Source of the DNA: an uncultured archaeon
GTDB taxonomy: Archaea; Asgardarchaeota; Lokiarchaeia; Sigyniarchaeales; SOKP01
DNA length: 64,000 nucleotides
Direction of reading: 5' to 3'
Assembly: GCA_964486045.1 (NCBI GenBank)
Contig: CAZALK010000008.1
Span: 64,001-128,000 of the forward strand
Position numbers and translations under genes: made by a program. The notes beneath the pieces are model-generated. The model was not told where the DNA came from and searched no databases. It saw nothing but the letters and a program-made list of their open reading frames with translations. The first letter of the stretch is position 1; every line of letters starts with the position of its first letter. Of this stretch, positions 1 through 10,002 are shown in pieces.

Positions 1-36
1 CGCTAATCTAACAACATCCTCTTTGGAAAAAGGCAT
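1..36 (-). CDS. 5' end of a gene running off the left edge (MPFSKEDVVRLA...)
   Basis: ATG at 36-34, frame open to the window edge; too short to assign a function. Confidence 0.45.
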   Translation of the reverse strand, partial: MPFSKEDVVRLA

Positions 37-116
37 TTTCTATAATTTTGTAAGTTATTTCTATAATAATTTTGTAAGTTATAAAAAAAAAGGATATGTT
101 AACTTTTAACTATTTG

Positions 117-156
117 TGTTGATTTTTATACGTTTTGAAACCACAAAATTAAAAAT
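117..156 (+). repeat. 40-bp direct repeat, copy 1 (copy 2 at 7179-7218)
   Basis: tgttgAtttttatacgttttGaaaccAcaaaattaaaaat vs tgttgTtttttatacgttttAaaaccGcaaaattaaaaat; 37/40 identical. Confidence 0.8.
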
Positions 157-387
157 AGATATTATTTTGTTATGATATCGATTATTATGTATTTATGGTC
201 AAAATAAGGTATGTAATTTTGATTATTTACCATAGCTCCAATTTTTTTTCAGTAAAGATGAAATCTTTAATATTAAAAGCAGTTTCTTGTGAAATTTTTC
301 CCATAAATCTAATTTTGCGAGTAATTTCTCGTTTTCATTAGCAATCTTCACAGCTAACTGATTAAGACCAAATTTTTTTTGATTCAA

Positions 388-1209
388 TCAAACCTTTCTT
401 GCAACAGAAATAAAGGTTTTTGCAAAAATCAATCCCTGCCATTTATTATAAAATTTTTCCTCTAATTTATTTCGAAAATTAGTTTGCTCAGAAGTTGTAA
501 ATGACGGAGGAAGTATATGGAAATTGTAGTAAAATTGTTTCTTTTCATTAAAGCTATACCGCTTTAGTTTTTCTTTATATATTAACGGATTCTCAGATTT
601 CATGGTTTTTTCAGATTTTGGCTGTTGCGGCGCTGTAATTGCCTTTTTTAGTTTGGCTTTGTATCTATTAAAAATATCCTTATCCACTATTACCTTATTA
701 ATTAATTTCTGTGAGATAAGCTCAATTGTATACTTGTCAAATGTAAATAAATCAAAAAACAGATTATATTGTGAGGTTATTAGATAACCATTATCCTTTA
801 AAGTACGATAGCACTCTTTGTAAACCCTGGATTCATCTTTAATATAGGGGAGCACCCCATTAAGCATAATAACATCAAACTTTTTGTTTTCAAATATATT
901 CATGTCAAGAACAGAGCAGTGTATTATATCATGTTTTATTTTTTCTTTTACTGCTTTTTGCCTAGCATACTTTAACATTTTCCTTGATAAATCAATTGCA
1001 GTACAATCCCAGCCCTGTTTTGAAACTTCTCTGGCTATATAACCAGATCCACATCCAGCATCCAATATTTTTCCTTTTTTCAATTTACTTAGAAACCTTA
1101 GAATAATCTTTGCTCTATGTTTATTTGCAGGATAATTATTTTTTTTTCCGTGATAAGAGTTATCTTCGTAGTTTTCTGCAACATCATCCCATATCTTTAT
1201 ATCGTCCAT
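388..1209 (-). CDS. class I SAM-dependent methyltransferase
   Basis: Motif I ILDAGCGSG, acidic AIDLS, FDVI and 'L..GYL' motifs. Confidence 0.88.
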   Translation of the reverse strand: MDDIKIWDDVAENYEDNSYHGKKNNYPANKHRAKIILRFLSKLKKGKILDAGCGSGYIAREVSKQGWDCTAIDLSRKMLKYARQKAVKEKIKHDIIHCSVLDMNIFENKKFDVIMLNGVLPYIKDESRVYKECYRTLKDNGYLITSQYNLFFDLFTFDKYTIELISQKLINKVIVDKDIFNRYKAKLKKAITAPQQPKSEKTMKSENPLIYKEKLKRYSFNEKKQFYYNFHILPPSFTTSEQTNFRNKLEEKFYNKWQGLIFAKTFISVARKV

Positions 1210-1271
1210 AATATCCCTCCAAAATTTAATTTTGAATAAGTAATTAGGAGTTAAATTAAACAGCGCAATTT

Positions 1272-2460
1272 AGCTTAATTTAATTCTTCTTACTTCTTTC
1301 TTCCTCTTCTTTGTGCTAAGTGTCAAATTGTTTATCTAACTCGTCCATAAAATCAGATATTGTCTCTTACTTAACGATTAAGAATTTCCCATCAATTATA
1401 AAACCAAATTCGAGGGCCCATTCGAATATTTTTGCACTAAATCTATCCTCGTCCATTTTAAGAGCCTTTCTCATCATTTCAAACTCAATACGCGTAGAAA
1501 CTTCCATCATCCTCTGAACCTTCTCTAATTTTCTACGGGGAGTTCTAATTTTAGTCCCTCGCTTCTTTTTTCTTTTATAAATTATCATCCCAGCAATGAA
1601 CATTACGCTGATCACTATACTAACAACAACTATTATTACAACGGCAGCTTCTTGAGTGGCAGCTTCTTGAGTGGCAGCTTCTTGAGTGGCAGCTTCTTGA
1701 GTACCACCAATATCCTCATTATTGCCGCTAAAACTGTTATTTGAAATTTCATTACATTTAGATTCTTCATCTATGTAAATACCAAAATTATTAGCAATTA
1801 TATTATTTACCGAAAAGATGTTATTATCACTATGGTCGAATTATTAACGTTGTTATCGACAATGATTGTATTATCACTAGTGTGTGACGCTATACCCATT
1901 TTGTCATTATTATTGACGGTGTTTCCCAAGATAGTGTAATTAGAACCCCCTAAGTTTATACCAGATCGCATATTGTAGCTTGCGATGTTTCCTGAAGCTG
2001 TATGGTTATTACTATTATCATATATATTTATTACGTAACCTCTATTGTAGCTTACGTTGTTGTTAATAATTTATCCGTTATCAACAAGTCGAAATTTTAT
2101 TCCATCCTCACCTGCATTGTAGATAGTGCAATTTTCGATTTTAAAGTACACGCTTGAATCTTGAATCCAGAAAAAATTTCCCGAACCTTCACAATCTATT
2201 ATTAAATTCTCTATAACGTATGGGTTGGATTCAGTGCCTGAACCTGTACAAATTCCAGCAGCTTTAGCAGCAGACCAGTCGGAATTACCGTTTAAGTAAA
2301 TTTTTTTTGACACTTTAGAGAATCTCAAACTTTCGCTATCTAAGTTTATATCATCCTTATAATCCGAACTTTGAATACTACTTCCAATTTTAAAATTGAG
2401 GTTATAGATTATCACTGGTGTTAATACGAACCCAAGTCCTAAAACCAAAAGGATTAAATT
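1272..2460 (-). pseudogene. decayed NosD/parallel beta-helix surface protein with TM anchor and cytoplasmic tail
   Basis: Stitches track ORFs 2071-2448 and 1367-1615. Signal-like N-terminus, GSGTESNPYVIENLII, Asn-rich beta-helix repeats, in-frame TAA at 2071-2073, frameshift near 1840, TM segment, TAA at 1367-1369 followed in frame by ETISDFMDELDKQFD; no ATG start. Confidence 0.8.
1643..1702 (-). repeat. perfect 15-bp tandem repeat x4 encoding (TQEAA)4
   Basis: GGCAGCTTCTTGAGT at 1643, 1658, 1673 and 1688. Confidence 0.97.
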
Positions 2461-2696
2461 CAGGACGGACTGTTGTAACCATAAGAATTGATATTGGACA
2501 TTTTCAACTAATAACCAAAAGTAAGCACATCCTTTTTCTTCCCCTTTCTATAATAATAAATAGCTATAAGTAAAAAAATAATCCCTACAATCATTTGAAC
2601 TTTGGGAATACTCATGTACAGGGAAGTATTGGAATAATCATAAAAAAGGGATCGATAAATGTGCAGGTTGTGCCTTCGCGTGAGATTAATAGAGAT

Positions 2697-4994
2697 TTAA
2701 TCGATAACAATCTCACTTAATTTTAATCCTAAATCTATATCTGTTATATCATCTAATGAATACATATTTAAAAAAGAAAGTAAACAAGCTACAGTAGATT
2801 CTGCACCTTGATTTCTGTTTATTCCAGTGGGGGTTATACTATCATAACATCCTCCAGTTTTATAATCGTAAAGAGAAAGATTCATATCATTGCGTCCTAA
2901 ATACCATTCTAAACAACGACGTGCATTAACAATCCATTTTTTATCTTGAGTGCTTTTATAAGCCTCAACACATGCTTCAAGAACACTTTGGGCTTCGATT
3001 GGTTGTTGATCAAATCTTGCTTTTTCTCCATTTTTAGGATACCAGCCATTGTTCCCTATAGGAGAAAATTGTCCTTTTTTATTAGTCTGAATTTGAATTA
3101 ACCAATCTAATGATCTTATTCCTGCTTCGACCATATCTCCTCGTTGTAACCATTGTCCAGACATTATCAGAGCATGTGGAATCTTTCCGTTATCATAGGC
3201 GAGCATATCTTCAATCCAAGGCCACTCATCTGAAGCATTTTTGCTATAAAAAGAAAATAATTTATTAGCGATTTCTTTTCTAAATCGTTTAATTTTAATA
3301 TCTCCACTGAATCTTTCTAAATAAGCATGAATTCCTACTAAACCAAAAGCTAAGGCACGTGGAGAATTAAATTCCGATAAAGTACTCACAGCCTTTTCAA
3401 AAATATCTAAAACAATGTTACTTGTTTCTCTCTTCTCTGATAATGCGACTGCCACACCCAGAGCCCAGATTGCTCGACCATGACAGTCTTCAGATCCATT
3501 CTCTTCAATCCATGTACGATCATAACCCATAAAATTACGAAACTGGTTATTTTCTTCATCAAAAGCATATAATAAAAAACTTAAATACTTGTATCCAAAT
3601 TTTCTCAAAAATTCTTCTTCAAATGATAATTTTTGAGCAATCAATACTGCTACTAGTGCTCTAGCATTATCATCTGTGCAATAACCATGAAAACGATTTG
3701 GTATTATATAGTTTGCGTGTTGTAAGATGCCAACATCGTCTGTTAAACGAAATACATGCTCAAATTTAGGATACGGCATTTCAAATGGAGTAAATCTCAA
3801 AAATTTCTTCTGAAATATAGTTTTTGGATGTAATAATCGATTTTCTTTAACATCATCAAAAATATCTATATATTTTCTAGCGACTTCTTTCCAAATCATA
3901 TTTCTAGCGAACATATAAGCATTCTTCCTCATATTATGCCCTTCAACTTCATTCTCTAATAAAAAGCAAATTTGCTTAGCTATAGATTTAGAATCATTGA
4001 AAGGAACAATTATTCCTCTTCCATCAGCTAAAATTTCCTCAGCATACCAATAAGGTGTAGAAATAATTGCTTTACCAGCTCCAAGTGCATAAGCTAATGT
4101 TCCAGAAACAATTTGTTCTTTTTTTAAATATGGAGTTATATAAATATCTGCCGCTCCTAAGAATTCACATAATTCTTTTAATTCTACAAATCTATTATGG
4201 AATATTATGTGGTCTTCCACACCTAATTCTCTAGCTTTTATTTGAAGAGAATGACGATATGATTCACCTTGCTTCTTCTTTAAATTTGGATGAGTAGCAC
4301 CTAAAACTATATATATAACATCAGGATATTTCCTAATAATATCTGGTAAGGCTTCAATCATTATTTCTATTCCTTTACTAGGACTAATCAAACCAAATGT
4401 CATTAGTACTTTTTTTCCTTCTACTCCAAACTGATCTTTAAAAAAATTTGGATCAATAAATGAGACATCTGGAATCCCATGATGGACTAAATTAATTTTT
4501 TCCTTAGAAACGTTATAAATATCTTTTAGAAATATCTCTGCCTTTTTACTCATAACAATTATACGATCTGAAATTTTTACTATTGTATTGATTATTTCCT
4601 TTTGTTTTAGATTAGGATTTGGTAAAAGAGTATGTAATGTTGTAACAATAGGCATTCTAAGATTTTTAAGTAAAGCTAAAATATAGCTACCATATTCTCC
4701 TCCATAAATTCCAAATTCATGTTGAAGACAAACAATATCAACTTTATTTACATTAAGATATTCGGCAGCTAATTTGTAATCCGTAAATCGGTTAGCATTC
4801 AATTCAAAATGAACTTGACTTGGATAAGGATATCCTTGAATAATATCGTTCATTGCCAGTGCCCAACATTCTAATTGAGGTGCTTCATTAGATACAGCAT
4901 TTAACAAATCATTAGTAAAAGTTGCAATTCCACATTTCCTTGGTAAATAATTACCAATAAAAGCTATAGTTTTTAGATTTGGGAACCTTCTCAT
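2697..4994 (-). CDS. GT4 (GT-B) glycosyltransferase fused to a C-terminal six-hairpin glycosidase-like domain
   Basis: GNYLPRKCGIATFT, LQHEFGIYGG, SGTLAYALGAGKAIISTPYWYA; C-terminal GYCTDDNARAL, FDQQPIEA, NQGAEST. Confidence 0.88.
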   Translation of the reverse strand: MRRFPNLKTIAFIGNYLPRKCGIATFTNDLLNAVSNEAPQLECWALAMNDIIQGYPYPSQVHFELNANRFTDYKLAAEYLNVNKVDIVCLQHEFGIYGGEYGSYILALLKNLRMPIVTTLHTLLPNPNLKQKEIINTIVKISDRIIVMSKKAEIFLKDIYNVSKEKINLVHHGIPDVSFIDPNFFKDQFGVEGKKVLMTFGLISPSKGIEIMIEALPDIIRKYPDVIYIVLGATHPNLKKKQGESYRHSLQIKARELGVEDHIIFHNRFVELKELCEFLGAADIYITPYLKKEQIVSGTLAYALGAGKAIISTPYWYAEEILADGRGIIVPFNDSKSIAKQICFLLENEVEGHNMRKNAYMFARNMIWKEVARKYIDIFDDVKENRLLHPKTIFQKKFLRFTPFEMPYPKFEHVFRLTDDVGILQHANYIIPNRFHGYCTDDNARALVAVLIAQKLSFEEEFLRKFGYKYLSFLLYAFDEENNQFRNFMGYDRTWIEENGSEDCHGRAIWALGVAVALSEKRETSNIVLDIFEKAVSTLSEFNSPRALAFGLVGIHAYLERFSGDIKIKRFRKEIANKLFSFYSKNASDEWPWIEDMLAYDNGKIPHALIMSGQWLQRGDMVEAGIRSLDWLIQIQTNKKGQFSPIGNNGWYPKNGEKARFDQQPIEAQSVLEACVEAYKSTQDKKWIVNARRCLEWYLGRNDMNLSLYDYKTGGCYDSITPTGINRNQGAESTVACLLSFLNMYSLDDITDIDLGLKLSEIVID

Positions 4995-5079
4995 ATATAG
5001 TTTTTAATATTAATAACTTAAATAATTAAGCTAATAATTAAATTAAGATTAAAATCTTGAACTACTTTACTACTGACAA

Positions 5080-6294
5080 TTACTCTATTGATCTAACGAA
5101 TAATTCATCTGAATCAAATCTACACAGAGCTTTATCTTCTCTTGATAACCAACCAATTGCCATCAATACAACTTTTTCGTTTTCGTTCAATGAATTCTTA
5201 ATTTGGGTTAGGCTTTTTTCTTCTTTCAAAGTGAAACGGAAAATCTGCCCTGCTAAAAAACCCATTTCAACTTCTATTTCAGATGCTAAGAGTTCATGAA
5301 GAAGCTTATGCAAATTTACCGATACTACTGCTATTCTCTTATCGCCTGCACCATAATAAATATAGAGTCTATCTCCAAATATTGCAGTGCCTGAAGGGAA
5401 AACAACATTATTTACATCTCCAAACTTCTCATAATCTTCAGTTGGTGAAAAAAGAGGCTCCTTAAGCCGTCCTATCACTTTATAAGGATCATCTTTATCA
5501 AGGAGGGCGGCGCTTGCATGATATATCTTCCCTTTATTAGAATCCTCTACAGAATGATATATCATAAGCCAACCTCTCTCAGTCTCTATTAATGGTGCAC
5601 CAGCTCCAATATTTCTTGATTCAAATCCAAATTTTGGCTCCATTAGGACATTTTCCCCGAGTTTTTCTAGATAACTCTGCCAAAATCCGTTTGTCAAATC
5701 TTTAAAATCGTCAAAACAAACAATCTGAATATCTGGTAATACTCTATGAATCAGGGCAAACTTATTATTGAATTTTTTTGGTAAAATGAATGAATCTTTT
5801 TCCCATAAGAGTACATCTTCACCAACGGTATCCTTATAATATGAGACAAAGAAATAATATTTCTCTTTTAGTTTTGATAAATGAAAAAAATGCCCTGCTT
5901 CATCGTAACTCATTTTAGCTGAAATTGTTCCATGTTTTTCCCATATTTTAAGGTCTTTACTAGTTGCATATGCTACTAGCGCATTTTTTCCATCATAAGC
6001 CGTGTAGAACATATAATAAATACCATCTAGAAGCACAACTCGAGGATCTTCTGTACCATGTATTTCATAATCATGTTCAGGAAACAATATAGGACTATTT
6101 CTCCTTTCTACGATAGTCAAAGGCCCTTTTAATTTACAATAACCAATACTAGAATAATTCCCTTCTTTTACTGCACGATAGAACATATGTAATGTATCTC
6201 CTTGCTGAATTATTGTTGGATTTAATACAGCTTGATTTTCAAACTCGTACTCCGTTGCTTCTAAAAGAACATTTTCTCTTCGTATTGTTACCAT
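5080..6294 (-). CDS. GH130-like glycosidase/phosphorylase with a C-terminal DUF2582-like winged-helix domain
   Basis: VLNP, MFYRA, EDPR, GAGAP, GDVNNVVFP, YYGAGD; tail GFLAGQIF...LMAIGWLSREDK. Confidence 0.85.
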   Translation of the reverse strand: MVTIRRENVLLEATEYEFENQAVLNPTIIQQGDTLHMFYRAVKEGNYSSIGYCKLKGPLTIVERRNSPILFPEHDYEIHGTEDPRVVLLDGIYYMFYTAYDGKNALVAYATSKDLKIWEKHGTISAKMSYDEAGHFFHLSKLKEKYYFFVSYYKDTVGEDVLLWEKDSFILPKKFNNKFALIHRVLPDIQIVCFDDFKDLTNGFWQSYLEKLGENVLMEPKFGFESRNIGAGAPLIETERGWLMIYHSVEDSNKGKIYHASAALLDKDDPYKVIGRLKEPLFSPTEDYEKFGDVNNVVFPSGTAIFGDRLYIYYGAGDKRIAVVSVNLHKLLHELLASEIEVEMGFLAGQIFRFTLKEEKSLTQIKNSLNENEKVVLMAIGWLSREDKALCRFDSDELFVRSIE

Positions 6295-6514
6295 AATTTG
6301 GTAGAAGGGTCTCTTTCTTATTAATACTCTTATTTAATCATGGATATTATCGAAAGCTAACGAGTGATAAGGGGCTTCTCAATAGTAATTTAAAAAATAG
6401 ATCGTAAAAGTGAATCGTAGAGATAATATTTTATCAATTAATTATGATTTAGGTAATATTTGGTTAAAAGGCTCCTAAAAGCTTTATAAATTAGTCTAAC
6501 TATTTTTAATACAG

Positions 6515-7150
6515 ATGAATTATAGATTAGTGAAACTAATATATCCGGTTAAGTCTAAAGAAGGAAATTTAACACGCATTACTTCATTAAAAGTTCTCTT
6601 GAGGAATGAAAACAGCACAATTTATAACACAATAGCTCGATTTGAAAAAGAAATTGATTCAAAACTAAACGAGACAGTCAAGGAAGTTAAAAAAATGGTG
6701 TTATTGAGAGAAGTGATCAACCTTCACAACATTAATGGCATTAAGAATGTGAACCAGATAAGATCCATGGTAAAACAAATAAAAAATGGAAAAGATATTT
6801 TATCTCCGCGCGGATTCCCAAATATTAAATTAGTAAAGACTAAGGAATTGGAGTGGATCTTATTTGATGGACACCATTCTTTACTTTCCTATATGGTTGC
6901 GGAAAGAAAATATTTACATGAAGTCCCGCATTTTGTTGTCGAAAATAGCAGTGGTTATGTAAATGATAAAGAAATTCTTATCTTTTTTGGATTACATTCA
7001 TCTAAATTGCATAATTCTAATTGTAGAAATTATGTAATTAATTGGCAAGCACCAAGGGAAAAGCAATTATGTAAACGAGAGCAAAATAATATAGGTGAAC
7101 TCATCGATTCAACTAGATTAACCCAATTTGATGAGAGAGAACTTTCTTAA
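6515..7150 (+). CDS. hypothetical protein with a ParB/Srx-like motif
   Basis: PNIKLVK...WILFDGHHSLLSY resembles the ParB N-terminal DGHHR motif. Confidence 0.5.
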   Translation: MNYRLVKLIYPVKSKEGNLTRITSLKVLLRNENSTIYNTIARFEKEIDSKLNETVKEVKKMVLLREVINLHNINGIKNVNQIRSMVKQIKNGKDILSPRGFPNIKLVKTKELEWILFDGHHSLLSYMVAERKYLHEVPHFVVENSSGYVNDKEILIFFGLHSSKLHNSNCRNYVINWQAPREKQLCKREQNNIGELIDSTRLTQFDERELS

Positions 7151-7178
7151 GTAAATAAAACCTTCCTCTGTGACTTTT

Positions 7179-7218
7179 TGTTGTTTTTTATACGTTTTAA
7201 AACCGCAAAATTAAAAAT
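7179..7218 (+). repeat. 40-bp direct repeat, copy 2, just upstream of the tRNA promoter
   Basis: Matches 117-156 at 37/40. Confidence 0.8.
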
Positions 7219-7228
7219 TTATAACACC

Positions 7229-7236
7229 TTTATATA
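7229..7236 (+). promoter_or_regulatory. candidate TATA box of tRNA-Thr
   Basis: TTTATATA about 20-25 bp upstream of the tRNA 5' end. Confidence 0.55.
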
Positions 7237-7254
7237 AAATATAGTAATAATTTC

Positions 7255-7384
7255 GCCTCCGTGGCTTAGTGGTAGAGCAGCAGACATTAGTAATAAATTA
7301 TACTACTCTGTAATTGTAATCTGCCGGCCGTGGGTTCAATTGGGTTGGACGCTGTGTTTTATCCTGAATATCCCACCGGGGGCT
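7255..7384 (+). tRNA. trnT: tRNA-Thr(TGT) with two BHB introns (32/33: 7286-7313; 59/60: 7341-7370)
   Basis: Acceptor stem GCCTCCG/CGGGGGC with discriminator T. D-arm GCTT-AGTGGTA-GAGC. Spliced anticodon arm GCAGA-CTTGTAA-TCTGC. Spliced T-arm GTGGG-TTCAATT-CCCAC. BHB central helices GCAG/CTGT and TTCA/TGAA, each with two 3-nt bulges. Confidence 0.93.
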
Positions 7385-7642
7385 TATATTAACCTATATT
7401 CAATCTTATTCTCCTTAATTAATTCATCATTTAATTACTTCTTTAACTACTTGAATAAAATTTATGTTTTGAATTTTTCAAGATATTTATATATTGCATA
7501 AGCTTAATTAGCATCAACAATTACAGTGAAAATCTTCAAACTCTGGTTTATAATTAAAGATTTCTTAATTCTAAATTTTTAATAATATTACATTTTTTAA
7601 TTATAGGAGTATTATATTTCCTACCTTAAGTCTACTAGTATT

Positions 7643-9226
7643 ATGAATAAAATTAATAGAGTCATTCTTTGCATAATTGACGATTTAAGATCTGATCACC
7701 TATTTAATTTTATCGAAAGAGGTTTACTTCCGAATATTAAGAAATTGATGGAAGATGGCCTATATTCTAAAAATTGTATAACTGATTTCCCTCCTATTAC
7801 GTACCCTACTCAAGTTTCGATGCTCACAGGAACGTATACTGGAAATTATAAAAAAGAGTATTGTCATGGTGTACCATTAATGAATTGGATGGGTCGTGAT
7901 ACTGCACCACCAATTCTAAGAAATTATACGGCTAGAAATATACAAATATATAAATTAAGTAACGACATTGGAGATAAAAGCAAAACTATTTTTGAAATGG
8001 CGAGAGAGGAGAATACGGCAAGTATTGGAGAGTTTGTTAACAGAGGGGCAAACTACTTTTTTCCTGAGAGAAAGACTAAACTCGCAATGTATTATCTTGT
8101 CTTAGCCATTCCTCGAAATAATAAAAAAATGATGGTCAGAGCGGACTCTGGAATCGTACATAAGTTAATTGATGTATTCAAAAGACCCAAAAGATACTTT
8201 AAGACCTCTGAAGCACCTGTTGTATCTGTGTTATGGTTTATGACTCCTGACATCCTATTGCACTACTTCGGTTATAATTCACAGATTTATAAATTGAATA
8301 TTTTGCATATTGATAAGGTTATAGGTGTTTTACTCCAAGCATTGAAAAGAATGGGATATCTTAACGACACAGCAATAGCAATAACATCTGATCATGGAAA
8401 TTATGGAGCACAGAGATTAGGGAACGTTGCTAATTTTTTTAAGGGTAATTTACTTACTCATTACCATCCTCGTAGAAATCTAAAGGGAAACATGAATATA
8501 TCTAAATATGATGGAGTTGGCTTCTTTAACTTCAAAGGTAAGAGTAATTTAAACAAATTAAACATCTGGTCTCACCCTACAATAGAGGAAATGGAAAATT
8601 ATGGTCCTAAGAAGGTAAATTTACTACATGAATTATTTAAAATCAAAGGAAGCCATTTAATGTATTATAGGGATGAGAATAACACAGTTGAAAAGGGAAT
8701 TATTCACTTAAAACGGAAGATTAAAAAATCAAAGAAGATAATTTCTGGAGCAATCGAATACACAGGTAAGGGTGATAGTTACCAGACAAAGTACATCTTG
8801 AATAATGATGAGAATGATATTTTTGGTTATCTAGATGATGAAAGAGCAAGTAAATTATTGGATAACAAATTCCACACGATCCAAGAATGGTTGAGTATGA
8901 CTTATCACCTTGATTATCCTTTGCATCCTGATCTAATCCCACGTCATTTCAAAAATCCCAGGAGTAGTGATATAATTTTGAGCAACGATGGCTCTGTTGT
9001 TTTTAATTTGAACAATGGGAAGAGGGGAAATAAAAATATCTATAATCATGATAGGGGTATAAGAGAATGTATGAATGTACCCCTAATTATCGGTGGGTCT
9101 TCAGATATTCCGCGTATCAATGTACCTTTTTGTAAGACAACGGATATTGTTCCAACTCTATTAAAGATGTTAGGAAAGAAATCACATAAGAGCGTTGTAG
9201 GGCAGAGTTTAGTACAATCGTTGTAA
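7643..9226 (+). CDS. alkaline phosphatase superfamily protein (type I phosphodiesterase/nucleotide pyrophosphatase-like)
   Basis: IIDDLRSD, FPPITYPTQVSMLTG (Thr nucleophile), PDILLH, ITSDHG, DIVPTLL. Confidence 0.85.
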   Translation: MNKINRVILCIIDDLRSDHLFNFIERGLLPNIKKLMEDGLYSKNCITDFPPITYPTQVSMLTGTYTGNYKKEYCHGVPLMNWMGRDTAPPILRNYTARNIQIYKLSNDIGDKSKTIFEMAREENTASIGEFVNRGANYFFPERKTKLAMYYLVLAIPRNNKKMMVRADSGIVHKLIDVFKRPKRYFKTSEAPVVSVLWFMTPDILLHYFGYNSQIYKLNILHIDKVIGVLLQALKRMGYLNDTAIAITSDHGNYGAQRLGNVANFFKGNLLTHYHPRRNLKGNMNISKYDGVGFFNFKGKSNLNKLNIWSHPTIEEMENYGPKKVNLLHELFKIKGSHLMYYRDENNTVEKGIIHLKRKIKKSKKIISGAIEYTGKGDSYQTKYILNNDENDIFGYLDDERASKLLDNKFHTIQEWLSMTYHLDYPLHPDLIPRHFKNPRSSDIILSNDGSVVFNLNNGKRGNKNIYNHDRGIRECMNVPLIIGGSSDIPRINVPFCKTTDIVPTLLKMLGKKSHKSVVGQSLVQSL

Positions 9227-9256
9227 AAATAGATTGATACAGAAGAAGTAAAAAAC

Positions 9257-9883
9257 TTAGGCGTTTCTTTTCCTCTTCTGTTTTTCCATATTTTTTGTTA
9301 GGAGTCTAATTGATTCACTTCTTGCTTTTAATAAACTCCTTTCTGTAATCCCTTCCATTTCTTTCGTGGGTAAGATTTTCTCCTTCAACACTCTTTTAAA
9401 TAACAGATATTCATCTTTCCCACTGATAAAAGGATTTACTTTTTCATTATAAATGCACTCATTAATGGTGGTATTTTTACCATTACAATTACCTTCGGTG
9501 AGGTCGAATTGCAAATTTCTAAATGCTATAAATGCTAAAAAACAGTGTACCATCGGTACATAAGGTATTTTGTATTTTTTTAGAATTTTATTTGCTCCTG
9601 TTGAAATTTTTTCTGTAAATTTATATACACATACATGTTTATAGAGGGGGATATTGAGTTCTTCTGCAAGACCTGCAATAACTGCATGCTTTGATGTGCA
9701 AGTTCCCTTTTTCTCTTTAAAAAAAATCAATTTATCATCATAATTTGAGTTATAACCATATTCAATACCATGTACATATTCACAAGCTTGCTTAAATGAA
9801 TTGATTCCAAGCTCCAAAAATTTTCTTGATATTTCTCCTACAGGTTTAATTTCAGCATCTGGTAATTTATCATATGAATCCAT
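9257..9883 (-). CDS. hypothetical protein, possible transglutaminase-like fold
   Basis: KGTCTSKHAVIA plus downstream H (VHCFL) and D (FDLT) as a candidate Cys-His-Asp triad. Confidence 0.5.
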   Translation of the reverse strand: MDSYDKLPDAEIKPVGEISRKFLELGINSFKQACEYVHGIEYGYNSNYDDKLIFFKEKKGTCTSKHAVIAGLAEELNIPLYKHVCVYKFTEKISTGANKILKKYKIPYVPMVHCFLAFIAFRNLQFDLTEGNCNGKNTTINECIYNEKVNPFISGKDEYLLFKRVLKEKILPTKEMEGITERSLLKARSESIRLLTKNMEKQKRKRNA

Positions 9884-10002
9884 AAATATCTCCTACTAAT
9901 AACACTCAAGACACATTATTTGATATAGATCTGAATTCGAAAAAGAACTTAAAGATTTCACCTTTAGTCTATTGCTAAATTCTTTAGATAAATAAGTTAT
10001 AA

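Noticed and set aside
37-82. Short tandem duplication (tttctataat[aat]tttgtaagttat) as a regulatory site
   Set aside because: Two AT-rich copies directly upstream of a start codon; cannot be distinguished from slippage.
1272-2460. Stop-codon reassignment or selenocysteine/pyrrolysine read-through
   Set aside because: The interruptions mix TAA, TAG and a frameshift, and other genes end normally at TAA/TAG/TGA, so decay is the simpler explanation.
2461-2696. IS element end truncating the surface-protein gene
   Set aside because: An abrupt junction exists near 2460, but no terminal inverted repeat partner, target duplication or transposase fragment was found.
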